From Lytechinus pictus (Eukaryota): 64,000 nucleotides of DNA. Positions 1-12,534 of the stretch are shown piece by piece. The translations under genes were made by a program, and so were the position numbers. The notes under the pieces are model-generated. The model saw only the letters and a list, made by a program, of their open reading frames with translations. It did no database searches and had not been told where the DNA came from. Each line of letters starts with the position of its first letter. The first letter of the stretch is position 1. The stretch lies in NCBI RefSeq assembly GCF_037042905.1, contig NC_087252.1, forward strand, positions 6,264,001 through 6,328,000. Direction: 5' to 3'.

Positions 1-199
1 CTCATGCAGCTCTTGTGCAAATTACTTCCCTCATGATTTTTTACGTTCCAGATCCTCAACATTGAGGCATCCTCTGAACTCCCCATAAATTCTGCACACA
101 TAGAATTACACTTTTAATTCACATCTTTCTTTATACGGATTTTAGCTTTGTGATTGACGCTCAGATGCATCCCTTCATCGTGCATATAAAAGCATATAT

Positions 200-451
200 G
201 ATGCATCTGGCGGAGCAATAGTCTAAAGAACTCCTTCCTTGGTCCCCCAATTTCAACGGCACCTTCAACATACCTGTCCATAGCTGAGGTGCGAAAAATG
301 ATGTCCAGCATCTCAGTTAGATCAAAATTAGGGCGCCTTATCGCCCTTAATGCACCAGAAAGGGGATCGGCACGCAGCACCTGTATCAGTATTATTTTCT
401 CAGGGTCGAGGGCTGAAGCCAGTCGGGCAAGCTGCGCCTGGAGCGTTTGCC
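200..451 (-). pseudogene. HECT-domain (G2E3-like) exon fragment, copy 1 (type A)
   Basis: Minus strand after a cattcag acceptor reads QTLQAQLARLASALDPEKIILIQVLRADPLSGALRAIRRPNFDLTEMLDIIFRTSAMDRYVEGAVEIGGPRKEFFRLL. EGAVxxGGPRxEFFRL is the conserved N-lobe motif of HECT E3 ligases. Truncated downstream. Confidence 0.7.
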
Positions 452-884
452 TGAATGATGTACAATTACAAAGAGAAGGGATTAAAATCTCATAATAAAA
501 TGATTAGGTAATTGTTGGTGCATTTTTGTGTACCATATTCAGATCTTGGCCCTAGATGAGTGAATCATCAACCAATTTTGCCAACATGAAGGTATATGAA
601 TACTCTTATTAAGCTTCATTTTATTTCATTTATCAGTAAAGGTGGCAAATGAAACACAATCCGTCGAGATTTTTTTAAGTTAAAACCTACCATTTTCACA
701 GAAAGCATGGCAAGAGTTCCATATGCACATACCGCCCAGGCAAGCAAAACAAATTTTATGTCGTGAATAATTCGCGACGGAATTGGAGACGTGAATTTCG
801 TCGTGAATCTTCGTGATTTGGTCTATTTGCGATGTCCCTTCAGGGCCACCATACAAAATGTGCAATTTTTACTTGTAATAATGT

Positions 885-1055
885 TCTTGAGTAGATTCCA
901 GTTTTAGGTGCCTCTTTAATGCACTCTTAAAGTGAGGAAAATTTGTAACAGCTTTTACTTGATTAGGAAGAGCATTCAAAAATTGGATGCCATTAAAATA
1001 AAAAGTGTTCCCTATATGACCCTTATGTTTCGCTAATACAAAATTAAAATTACTA
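885..1055 (-). pseudogene. 3' end of a CR1/L2-type LINE ORF2; further copies at about 15660-15835 and 16730-16885
   Basis: Minus strand reads FNFVLAKHKGHIGNTFYFNGIQFLNALPNQVKAVTNFPHFKSALKRHLK, matching the CR1/L2 C-terminal pattern F.Y.G...WN.LP..IK......FK..LK.HL. Confidence 0.6.
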
Positions 1056-1200
1056 TTTCATCCAAACACAAGACTTAGCTGCTTCTCATCTGAAAGTCAT
1101 TTTAGTCTTGCATGTAGAACCACATTCTTTGCTATTGCTTCAGGAGTACAGAAAAGTAAGGTGAAATTCCCATCTTCGAATTCTTACTTTTCCATTCTTG
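1056..1200 (-). pseudogene. RecQ-family helicase N-terminal (DEAH-box lobe) fragment; copies at about 15840-15950, 16890-17025 and 19705-19835
   Basis: Minus strand reads EFEDGNFTLLFCTPEAIAK, then after a frameshift LCLDE. This fits RecQ motif Ib (LLF.TPE) and the start of motif II. Confidence 0.55.
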
Positions 1201-1923
1201 GCATATTACTTTTGAAATGAATACATTTTATGCTATTCTTCTGCCACTCGAGTAGTTGGTCCTCTCTATTAGACCTACAAGGGACTTATATGCCAGGGTA
1301 AAAAAAAAACATTGAAATGTCAGCCATGAATTGTAATAAGGTGAGTTAGGGGTGGGGAACTGGTTTCAAAGTTCCATCAATGTAGACAGTGGTTACCTGC
1401 ATGTTAAAGGGGACAATAGTAAACTATAGTCATAAGAAAAATAGTCAAGATAGATGATGGTTGCATAAAATGGCTGCCTGAGCAATTGTGAACTATCTGA
1501 CATGGTAACATGGAAAGTAGTCAGTCAGGAAAGGTGCACGCATAAAGACACAACGACACCTTCCACAAGTGAATTAACCTCCTCCCAATCACTGTTGAAG
1601 GGTCTTCCACAATCCTCTTGACATCTGTCTTTACTGTTGAACTCCTCACATTACTCATCAATGCCACACGACTTTCTTGGAGCTTTTGTCCATCATGCAA
1701 CCTCTTATTGATAGAAAATAATTCTGCTGGTGCTTTTTGCTGAATTACCTTCTTGCATTTATTTCAAGTTCTTTCTTGCCTCTCTATTTCTCTGCATTTT
1801 CCATGTCCTATGCCCAAGCTAACTTGACAAATTTACTAGTTGGGGCAGGTATGGGACAATCCTGTCAAGTGAAGGCAGATGTGTATGTTTTTGGCTTACA
1901 CAGTCTGGGTATGATACTGTTAA

Positions 1924-2695
1924 CACTAACTAGGCCGGGCTTTTTTGGCTGTTCTGTTGGGGGGGGGGGGGTTGATTCAACCCCCCCCTGAGATCTTGGC
2001 TGCCGATCTCGCGAGCGCCGCAAAAATTTGCACGCTGGTAGTGTGCGATGTAATCTACAAGGCTGTATGGTAAAATTTTCCAAAATAATGAGATTTTATT
2101 TTATATGAATTAATTATGCTAATTTATGCATAAATCATACTTTTTGCTCTAATTCACTAAATAAAGCTCCTAGAATGCTAATTTTTGGTAAAAATATTCT
2201 TTGTAGCATTCTTAACAATGGCAATTGAAAAAAACTTCGGTTTGGAAATCAATTTCTTATGTATTTTATTGTTTTATGAATTTCTTATGTACTTCTTTGT
2301 TTTTCAACCTTTTGTTTTTCTTTGTTTTTTTCACCAGATTTATTGCACAAACTTTTTGAAGCATAATTATGCTAAAATCAATTGCTTTCAGCTGTTTAAA
2401 GTAAAAATAATCATATCTTTATGAATAAGATGAGAAAACTCAATTTGCATTGACTTTGTACACAAAATCATGTTCTGGAACAATTTTTGGTCTGACATGC
2501 ACTTACAAAATGTTGCGTAATTTCGGAACCGCGTACCCGGGCGTCGTAAATTTGGTCTCAAAAGATGCGCATGACTTAAAGGTATAAACTCTGCGAGTGG
2601 CGTGGTCAAAAAATTTCGCGCGGCAGAATGATCGCAGAAAATGTTGAGGGGGGTTGATTCAACCCCCCCCCCCCCCCCCCCCGGCCATTTTAGGG
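1924..2695. mobile_element. Non-autonomous piggyBac-like TIR element
   Basis: TTAA at 1920-1923 and 2696-2699. Termini cactaactaggccggg and cccggccattttaggg are imperfect inverted repeats. Both ends carry the subterminal palindrome ggggggttgattcaacccccc. Confidence 0.75.
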
Positions 2696-2994
2696 TTAAA
2701 GGTGGCAACAAATTGAATGTTGGCACTTTCAATTTACGATCTCGACCACCGTCTTTTTAAGTTGCCCCCAATGTGAAATCAGATGAGATCAGGAGTATCA
2801 CAATAACATACTTTTGAGCCTGTATCAGCCAGCCCATTAGGTGTCACCATGGCAACCAAGGTAAAGGCAGCAAGACCCGCTTACGACACCTCCAACCACA
2901 ATTTTACTCATCATTACAGCAATACCATCTTATAGACATTTTTAATGTCCAGTGCATTGATGTGAGATGTTCAATTTTAGTTCAAGTAAATAAA

Positions 2995-3249
2995 AGTGTG
3001 TAAAGCAAATGAACATTAAAACTCACATGTTCCTTGCCATATAGTGATTTCATCCCTACAATAAACTTCTACAAAGCCATTTCAGCCTGATGTATCATTG
3101 TCATATTGTCATTGTCTTGTAACAACATATGGATTACAAGTGCAACTGAACACCATTGTTTAAAATATTGTGCCAGTAACATTTTACAGAGGATGATTGG
3201 TGAGAAGTACAAAAGAAATGACTTCTACTCTGAAGCTTTCCTGCAACTC
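2995..3249 (-). pseudogene. EnSpm/CACTA transposase remnant, downstream part (continues 11860-12520)
   Basis: Minus strand reads RKASE*KSFLLYFSPIILCKMLLAQYFKQW...AEMAL*KFIVGMKSLYGKEHVSFNVHLLY, matching the CACTA motifs WKASEWR.FLL.YS and LYG.....FNVH.L. Contains stops. Confidence 0.85.
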
Positions 3250-3252
3250 CTG

Positions 3253-3423
3253 GTGGGTGTTTCATAAAGCTGTTCGTAAGTTAAGAGCGACTTTAAGAAC
3301 GACTGATGAACCTTTTCCTGTGGTAAATGGTATATTTATTGGCGTGGTTAAGCACGTAAGAAAGGTTCACCAGTCGTTCATAAAGTTGCTCTTACCTTAC
3401 GAACAGCTTTATGAAACGGCCCC
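3253..3423. mobile_element. PIF/Harbinger-type MITE (171 bp); related copy at about 26869-27035
   Basis: Long TIRs gtttcataaagctgttcgtaagttaagagcgacttta and taaagttgctcttaccttacgaacagctttatgaaac. Flanked by CTG at 3250-3252 and 3424-3426. Confidence 0.85.
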
Positions 3424-3649
3424 CTGGGCCCCGTTGCATAAAACTTTTGCCGGAGTTTTTTACGGCAAAAAATCAGGAAACTACGGCAAAAAAAAATTTG
3501 CCGGAGTTTTCCATTGCATAAAACTTTGCCGGAGTTTTTTACGGCAAAACTTAAAAAAAACTCCGGCAAATCAAGCGGGTTTTTGCCGTAGCTCCTGTAC
3601 CAACGGCAAAGTCCTAAAAACTCCGGCAAAACTATTTCAAGGCAGCTGC

Positions 3650-3748
3650 TCAGGATCTGTCCCAAGTACCATATACAGTATTCACCTGTCTACGGCTTCA
3701 AGAATAATTAGAAGGGTGACATAAGCCTTGTATAGGCTACGCAATAAG
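3650..3748 (+). pseudogene. Harbinger transposase N-terminal HTH fragment
   Basis: SGSVPSTIYSIHLSTASRIIRRVT*ALYRLRNK followed by a gtaatt donor. Resembles the HARBI1-type HTH (GSF.....GIS.STVSRI...V..AL). Confidence 0.65.
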
Positions 3749-5439
3749 GTAATTACAGAAAATTTCATTTAATTTAGCAAAAATAGGGCCTAGGAAGATC
3801 TAGATTTTAAGTGAAGTGGGGGTAATAATAGTTGGTGGTTTAATTTTTTAAAATTTATCAACCCTGTGACAGCTCAATAATAAAAATCTTCTAAGATAGA
3901 ATCTAGTTCTAGTTTAAGTAAATCTATATGATTATAGTGTTTTTGAAAAGTTATGCTGTGAATAGAGCGATGCAGTTGGACTAAACCCTTTAAATTACTC
4001 AAAACATAAGGCTTTAAAGTTGAACTTGAACTTAGGCAGTCTGCTCTTTTTCTTTGCTACCTACCGTGACCTTTATCGCCAAAGCCTCCGGCTGGCGAGT
4101 TGGCCGCTGGTTCAACCTCTATGCGATATGCGACGATGTGTTGTTAGAGTACCTCCTAAGCCGCCTCTATTTTTGCTGTTTTTTACCATTTAACCATCTT
4201 TGTAAATCCAAATATGTACAAGTTCTATAAGACATGCCAATAAATACTACCCTAAATCAACTGAAATACTCAGAAGTATGAGCTTACTTTATTTTAACGA
4301 TTGAACAGACTTGTACTGCAAGTTCAATTTTACGAGGAAAACTTGAATAGCAGTCGATACGGCCTAGTCCCACACTTGCAAAAATAAGTTGGAACTTCAA
4401 AGTAAGGTTAGGACGCGCCCATTGGACATCTTAATTTCTCACCTTTGCCAGTCTCATTTTTCTTTAACAGGTCATAAAAACTGGGTGATGATTGAGAAGG
4501 AGGGGCATGCCGGAGGAGGTCTATCTTTCACTCAAAACAGACCTAACTTATATTTTTCTTCCCCGTCGCTCGGCTTGCTCCAGTCCAAGACAGACGACGA
4601 TCGAGCACGTAAACAAAAGGGGAAATGAAATATCCGACTGATATATTTATCAAAACTTACACTATATGTACAGTGACCCGAAATTTGTGTGGATTCCTTT
4701 TTAATTTCACACTTGTGTCTACATGTATGTGATAGAAGGCTGGGAACAAAATGTAATAAAGTAAGAAAAACTAGCCATCATCGAAAGTTCCTGAACGGGG
4801 ACAACTGAGAGATGTTTTATTTTTTCTTTGTGGTTGCTTTATAAAACCCAGGAATGAAACTCAATTAATGATAACCTCCATGATGGGACGAAACTGTTCC
4901 TGAACATCTAACATACAATGAGAGAGAGAGAGAAAGAGAGATAGCAAGAGGGGGATTATTCTGGAAGAAGGGGGGGGGGGTATACAGCCTAGGTCTACAC
5001 ATTGTATTTACATTGGATGAAAATATGTATATCCAAATTATTTGACAAGGAACAAATAATTAAATTCATCAATTCAATCACACCACCCCCTCCTCAATGC
5101 CATTATTCAAAACATTATAATATTGTTAGAAAAAGTGGAGGAAAACATTTTGTATCACATTTGTCCATAATATTTCAAAAAGCTTCTTTTTTGTTGTTGT
5201 TGCTTTCTCGGCAATGTTAAAAATATTTCCAAAATATCAAAATTAGCAATTTCATAAAACATAGATCCATAGTGTTAAAGGTGTGGCAATTATATGGGGG
5301 GGGGCGAACAAGACTTGATGTTTTTCTTGGTAATATTTTATGTAACAATCAAGAATATTTTCCTTTATGGGCCAAGAGGGATGGTGCAATTGTAGTTTTA
5401 TAGTCGGAGGCCAACCTAAAGGTTAAATCATTCTTTTTC

Positions 5440-5790
5440 TGTCAATTAAAATATCAGTCACACAAATCAGACATCTCTTTCTTAATAATTCTCCTTTCTT
5501 TCTTTTTCTTCCTCTTCTCTCTCCCTTTCTCCTTTTTAAACAATTTAATTCTGAATTATATATTTAAAATAATTTAATTTGCAATTGAGAATGGGGAACA
5601 CTCATCACTTATTAAGAACAGTTTTCTTCTCTCAATTAAATTACGGTCACGCAACTCAGACGTCTCTTTCTTAATACTTTCTTTCTTTTTCTATCTCTTC
5701 TCTTGCAATTTATCCTCTTTTAAACAATTCATTTCTCATTGAATTATACATTTAAAATAATTTTATTCGCAATCACTTATTAAGAACAGT
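5440..5790. repeat. Diverged tandem duplication of an approximately 185-bp unit inside the Harbinger element
   Basis: The unit gtcac(a/g)caa.tcagac(a/g)tctctttcttaata ... tttaaaataattt ... atcacttattaagaacagt occurs twice in succession. Confidence 0.75.
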
Positions 5791-5934
5791 CAGAGTGACA
5801 GTCAAAAGAACTCGTTATGAACCATTATAATACTTTGAATTTATTTTATCAAGTCATATTTTAATTTCAATGCTAACAGTATCCCATACCCTTATATGCG
5901 TATTGAAAGATGTGATTGAATGTTGACAAGGTCC

Positions 5935-6066
5935 CTTTTCTTTTAAATCAACATAACATTACCATTGGAAAACGTTTTGCAGATGGCGAATTGCAAGGCA
6001 TCCTGTTGGGTAATGCAGGATATAGATTGGAACTATGGCTAATGACACCAGTGTGAGATCCACAAT
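5935..6066 (+). pseudogene. Harbinger transposase catalytic-core fragment
   Basis: TIGKRFADGELQGILLGNAGYRLELWLMTPV*DPQ matches HARBI1/PIF LLGDSGYPL..WLMTP. The catalytic Asp appears changed to Asn and a stop follows. Confidence 0.85.
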
Positions 6067-6332
6067 GCTGACAGATCATATAACAGACTTGCAATATGAA
6101 CATGTATAAATAAACTTTAAAACTGTTCTTGCACAGGGATTCCCATCAAGATTTCAGAACCTAAATTTTTATGTTGCATTGCAAGGCATTTGTTCAAATT
6201 CTACCGCAGTATTGAATGAATAACATTATGAGATGAGAATAAAGTTCAAGTTTAACTTTCTCAATCCTGAAGAATGTAGTCTTCGTCATTTTTTTGTTCA
6301 AAATTATGAGGCAATGACATCAACAACTTATG

Positions 6333-6483
6333 CCTAGGTCACATTCGCCAGCCGGTGGCATTATGGCGAGTCGAAATCAACCATTTTACTCATCCTTGTA
6401 CCAGCTTCACGTAGGTGGTTCGTATAGTAATACATAAAACGACTGATTTCAACTCGCCGTAAGGCCACCAAATGTGACCAAGG
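6333..6483. mobile_element. Small MITE nested in the Harbinger element
   Basis: Termini cctaggtcacatt / aatgtgaccaagg and inner inverted repeats ggcgagtcgaaatca / tgatttcaactcgcc. Confidence 0.65.
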
Positions 6484-6642
6484 TATAACTCATTTTCATA
6501 TTACTTGCTAAAATATATGCTTTTGGAAATTGCTAAAGTTCAAGGTGATTTACTTCATATTCTAAAAACAATATTCAACAGGTTTCCAGTTTAAAAAAAA
6601 TGCAGAGAAAGTTGCATTGTTCAATGTTACTACAGATTTCCA

Positions 6643-8720
6643 TTAACAAACTGCTGCAAACAATTGTGGATAATTACAAAAATCAACATGGATGATTTTA
6701 AATGTTTGCAGCATAGCTTGCTGCATTCTGAGCGTCTCCTGCTGAACTTGCTGCAGATCCATGCTCCTGGTAATTGGTGTGCTGGTCACAACAGCTAGAG
6801 CACCTTCTCTTCTCTTATGCTGGGTGTCATCTTGGCGTCCTACACAATCAACTAGACCCCATCTACCCTGGATGTCAATGGTGCCCCAGATTAGCTTGAG
6901 GCTCCGCCTTAACCTCCTTTTCCTCCTCTGGCTTTCCCATGTCCAGAAGCAGGCTGCCTTATTTGAAAGCTGCACATCAAGAAAATAATATTTGACTTAA
7001 CTTTTATTACATCTTCAACCATTCCGCATTGATTTTTTTTTAATTGACTTACTATGATTCAACATTTTTATTTCATTTTGGAAATCTTAAATCATTTACC
7101 AACTCTGAACAAAAATCCCTCAATCTGGCAATAGTAGTTGAAGCTACTTACTATTCCTTGCTTAAATTTTCATGAGGAAAGAAAAACTATCCCCTTTAAA
7201 ATTCAGATTTAATTAATTCAAAATGAATGATAGTAATTCTATGGGTTAGGGATAATTATTCTAGGTTTTAAAAAATCTGAATTTTTCATTGTAAACCAGT
7301 TTGCCTATTTCTATAGGGAGAACCATCTTGTACAAATTTCAATCGAAATTATGCTCATTTTTCGAGAAAAATGAATGAAAGAATATAGCAAAATTAATAC
7401 AATGATCCTTAGGTATATATATTTTCAACTTTGTTATGCATTTGTGTGATAAATCTTTTATGTAAAACTAACCAGTTGCTCAGATGCCCCAGTCTCTGTC
7501 TCCTGGCCATGGACCCAATGCTTGGCCTTGTCCCTCATGGCTGCCAGCACAATCTCCATATTTGGCTTCACTTTACCAAACTGTCCACCTAAAGATTTAA
7601 CAAAGTGCAGTAATGCCACAATTATAAATGTTCTCAATGCAAACAGGGATCACAGCAGAAGGATCTTAAAAAACTATGAAGGGTGATTTTGACTTGCCTC
7701 ACCCCAGGCGCAGATCCAGGAATTTCCAAAAGGAGGGGCACTTTTGTCCAGAAAATGATGACAACCAAAAAAAAAAGGTCATCACTTGCATATATACACG
7801 GTACTTTCAACAATTTTTTTGGGGGGTGTACCCCCCCCCAGATCTGCGCCTACCAACCCCCCCCCCACAAACACAGGGGATCTAGGCCAAAGAAGAATCT
7901 GTCAATAACAAATTTTGAAGTCACTACACACAGAACTGTTCAGTTATGAAGTTTTCCACAAATGCAACAATTTAATTACTGTATGACTGAAATAGACAAA
8001 GAAGAATACTTGTTTTTTAATTAGTATTTAGCCGTGAAACCAATCCATCCTTAACCCGTTGAGGATCATGGGGGTACATTTGTAAGTTTCGAAATTTATG
8101 CATCCGCCATTGCGACATCAAAAGATAAAAATATTAAACACACAAATTTGCCAACGATCTCTGGTGAATTTTTACATTTGACCTAACCTGATCATTGTCA
8201 CTCCCAAATATATATTTGCCAAGTTGAAGTTGAACCATCAAAGGGTACTTTATTTATCACAGGAACGATGTATATTCAGGTGAACACGGCATGCCACCTT
8301 TGACCATGATACCCTCAAAATAATTAAAGTATAATCAATCCTACATGCATTCTTGGACAAAGTTTGTAATCAAACATTTCTTTAATTTAAGAAAGACAGG
8401 ATGGCCAGACAACCCCGAAACCTGTCCTCGGACCCACCTCCGGTGGGTGGATGTAAAAAAATTCTAGATATTTTGGATTAGTTGCATGACAATTACAACA
8501 AAATAAAATTTAAGAGATAGTGATCTTTAATTCTTCTTGATGCATATAAAATATATTCTTAACTCTTATAAATAAAAATACGTACCAGTCTTTGTCTGAT
8601 TCCTAGCATAATCATTCACTCTTTTGTTAGATCACTCCAAGACCACCTCAGGTTGGAGGCAGTCCAACCTGGGCAGCCAATAGCATCTCCACACAGGCTC
8701 TCTGTCTGGTTTCTGCAAAC
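6643..8720 (-). pseudogene. Harbinger second gene (Myb/SANT-like), spliced remnant. Exons about 8720-8586, 7588-7473 and 6969-6643; possible upstream exons near 9493-9590, 10945 and 11597
   Basis: Exons have AG/GT borders in compatible phases and read WSDLT(frameshift)KRVNDYARNQTKT|GGQFGKVKPNMEIVLAAM...EQL|LSNK...MDLQQVQQETLRMQQAMLQTF. W.DL plus KTGG and a C-terminal coiled coil are typical of Harbinger Myb/SANT proteins. The gene is convergent with the transposase. Confidence 0.65.
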
Positions 8721-11700
8721 CTTTATTTAAAATGCAAACACAAACAAATCATAAAATAGGTATATGCTATATATAAATTGAAAAGACACTCTGCACTTTA
8801 TGTCAAGAATGTCTAAATTTATTTGACAAAAAATCTCATTTCATGGCATATAATTAATATTATTTATCTACTTTGTAAGTTATCAAAATTTAAAATTGCA
8901 ATCTATTAATGTAACTAGAGTTCAAATCAGGAATTTATAAGAAAGATGTGTTGTACTCTTTCAGTTTTATTCCATGAAAATCTAAATCAAAACTTGTAAT
9001 CGTAAGAAAATAAGATTTCATCATTTCCAATGGACATATCAAAGAAAAAAAAAATCAAAATCAATAATAATTTTCAAAGAATTGCAAGAGGTAATTAAAT
9101 GAACTTAACTATTATTGATTCAGGTCTACACAATCACTAGCATAGCCAGGTGAGATTAGGTACATTTTCTATTTTTATTATTTTTTTTTTTTTGGGGGGG
9201 GGGGTGTATAAATTTAATAATCAACATGAGGATTCTTACTCACTATATGCCTGAAACAATTTTTTTTTCTTTCTATTCAAGAAGATGAAACCTTTTTTAA
9301 AAATTGTATTTTATAACTACTTATGTTCGACATTATCAGGCAGTAATGACTTCTTCTTCTTCATAAATATTCTTTTCACTTTGAGAAACTTTGCATCGAG
9401 ATTACCAACATAAAATATAAGCCTGTCTATAAATACTTAAATTGGTAGCAATTAGAATTTTTGCTAATTTGAAATTAAGCTGTATATCTTACCCTTTTAC
9501 ATGGTGATTGCTAACCAACAGCCTTGTGTGGTTTCTTCTCAAAAAGTCACACATGCACTTGAGTTGCTCCAGTGTATATACCTCAACTATTTAAGCTGTT
9601 AGATATTGAATGAGAAAATAAATAATCCTATTAGAGAGTCACAAATTAAGACTAGATAAAGTCACACAAATATTTGCATTGAGATTACTTTCAGTATAAA
9701 TTGTCAAATGAATATATATACTACTAGTAATATGTTTGTGGTGATTTAAACCATTACTAGGATAGAACATTTTGATGGTTGATTCCAATTGTTGGACTTA
9801 TTACAGTGATTCAAACTTAACAGAAGAAAATTAGCTCAGTACAAACTGGAAAAAAAATATTTGGATTGATCATCGAAATTCCCTTTCAGATGATAAATAA
9901 CCTAAAGGGATTTGTTCATTTCTTCAAAATAATTTAGATATGCAAATTTATATGAACTTAGAATATCCAAATTCCAAAACTGCAATTTTTTAATCATTTT
10001 TTATTTTCTATCTTAAACAAATAATCGATGATGCAATTGAGACCAAAATCAAAATTCTAGCCCCTTAAAAACCATAGTAATGCATGTTAAATACTAACAA
10101 TACAACAATCCCATAGTCTCCATTCAGCCCCCAAATAACATTATATGTATGATTTGTTTCTCTGCAAGAATTTTTTTATGAAGGATTTTCAAGATTTTTA
10201 CTTTAGTGGTCATCAGATCATTAATTTCAATTAATTGAAATAAATTGCAAAGTGTTAGATTATAACAAGCTTTAAATTGAGACCAATTTTTAATCTCTAG
10301 CCACTGTATAGATTCACGTTCACTGGCGTACATTTTTTTTTTTTTTTTGGGGGGGGGAGAGACTTGGGGCCATGGGGCCCCCATGGGGTAGACTATGGAC
10401 CCTCTAAAATTTTCAAAAACAAAATAAAGGGGATAACAAAAATTTTGATTTTTGTATTAAAAAAAAATGTAAAAATGTTGGATTGCTCAGTTTTTATTAA
10501 AAAAATTTGCCCCCTACGCCATTATCAGTGTCAGGCCCCCTCAAAATTTTTGGCACATTGCGCTAAGTACTGTTCATGATCATGATGTCGCAATTTCACC
10601 TATAGCAGATCCAGGGAAAGGGGGTCAATTGGTACGAGTGCCTACCCCTATTCTATTTCAATTTTTTTAAGGGAAAAATTAAAGCCACCATTCAGAGTTG
10701 TCAAAATTTTTGGATCCAAGCACTGCACTGTCAAGCTCGTCAGGGGGGGGGGGGGGCAAAAGAGGTATTCAAGCTCGTCAGGGGGCATGGGGGGGGGCAA
10801 AAAAGGTCTTTCAAGCTCGTCAGGGAGGGGCGCAGGGATACGTCTTTTGCATGGGTGGTGGTTCGTCAGGGGGGGGCAGACTGCCCCCCTGCCCCCCCCC
10901 CCCCCCCCCCCTGTTGGTACGCTAGTGGCCTACATTCAACATGTACCTCACTCAGCCTCAGGGGCTTCGCGGTGAAGCCCTCAAACTGACTGACTGAAGT
11001 CTCAACTTCTTAAGAAAAAGTTAACTTAGATCTAGAATGTTGATTCTATGCCTAAAGTTAGATCTGAAAATTCGATCTAACTGTTGTAGGCCTAGAATCT
11101 AACCAACTTCAATTCAACTTGTCTGACTTGGTGACGACCGACAGTGACGGTGGTCCAATTAAGTTTGCAACTTTGCATTCAATTCTAACATGAAAAATTG
11201 ATATGAAAAACATGAAATTGTCATGTACTGATACTAATCATAATGTAGAATGTGTGATCATAACAAGAGAAAAACGATAAATCGATAAATAAGCTTTCCA
11301 AACGTGTCGATGCAGTTGGTGGTTTCAGCTGTTGGCGCACCAAGTGCGACCAGCGCGGTCACATCACCATGCCCAAGCTCCGGCGGCAATAGACATGGCC
11401 GAGACGTAGACCCCGCAGGCGCTTGCGACACAAAAATGGAACGATTCAAACGTGTAAAAAAAATTAGTGAATCTCACTTTCACGGTGCGAGCACGGATTC
11501 AAAACAATACACAGATATTTTCGCAACTAATTAATCGACTTATAGTGATAAAAATAGCAAATATCAACACATTTCATTAAAAAAGTATCAAGCTCACCGT
11601 TCTGTGGAGTCTCCGTGATTTTTTCAGCAGCAGCAGATACCGATCGCGATATCGGCTGATATCGGCGTTCATCCTCGTTCAAGTTTATTCAGTCTTAAAA

Positions 11701-11859
11701 AACTCTGGCAACATAAAAAACTCTGGCAAAAGTTTGCCAGAGTTTTTTTGCCATGAAATTTTGACCGAATTTGAAACTCTGGCAAAAAACTAAGGTTTTT
11801 GCCATAGAAAAACTATGGCAAAAATAAGTCTGGCAAAAGTTTTATGCAACGGGGCCCTG

Positions 11860-12520
11860 GTATTGATTTGTCTGGGTCTTGACTTAATTCTCTTGGGGGC
11901 TTCATACTCAGAATTGTTACATCAAATTGGTAACTAAGAGTGCCCAGATACCATTCCTTCTTACGATAGCTACAGTCAAACCATAACTTGACAAACTGTC
12001 TCACAACACCAAGCAGAACACAGTGCATGTAATCTGGTACAAATCCAGTAACAATGTTGAAGAGAGGGAGAAAAAGAGGAAGCGAAGGACCTTTCACTCC
12101 ACACACTGGTCTTTAACAAGAAGCTTGGAGCATGTATTCTTCCCAGTGTTCAGAAAGAATGAACATTACCTGCTCCGTTCTCTACAACTTCCCCAGAATG
12201 CAGGCATCAGTCACACCCATACTTCCCATTGAATTGCATACAGTTCCTCATGACTGGCGTTGGAGTTGCATGCAGCAGTTAAAAAAATCACATTTGAGGT
12301 TCTTGCTGCAGCAGATCAACCCAGTTGAATCCCTCATTGGCCAGGTGTTCTTCCTCTTCGACAAAAGATGTAAAAAATGTGTTCATGTCCTGTTTCTTTG
12401 GCCCAAACCACAGACCAGAAAACAGCACATTCTTGCCTCTTACCTCTGGTGGTACTTCATTGACCACAGCCTGTATTGGCCAGATTGAAAAGTCAGAATA
12501 TTTTAAGACTGGTACCACAT
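11860..12520 (-). pseudogene. EnSpm/CACTA transposase remnant, core; partial duplicate at about 17030-17312
   Basis: Reads VPVLKYSDFSIWPIQAVVNEVPPEVRGKNVLFSGLWFGPKKQDMNTF, then QFNGKYGCD*CLHSG, then GVKGPS...FVPDYMHCVLLGVVRQFVKLWF. These are hallmark CACTA transposase motifs. Frameshifts and stops present. Confidence 0.92.
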
Positions 12521-12534
12521 GAGCAAATTAGATC

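Larger units (their letters stand above)
3427..11856. mobile_element. PIF/Harbinger DNA transposon, 8430 bp, internally deleted and defective
   Basis: Perfect 25-bp TIR ggccccgttgcataaaacttttgcc / ggcaaaagttttatgcaacggggcc. CTG TSD at 3424-3426 and 11857-11859. Subterminal ctccggcaaa / ctctggcaa repeats. Convergent transposase (+) and Myb/SANT-like (-) remnants inside. Confidence 0.92.

Noticed and set aside
3197..3724. 175-aa ORF
   Set aside because: A chance read-through across antisense EnSpm sequence, a MITE and the Harbinger TIR. Only the last 25 or so codons are meaningful (transposase HTH).
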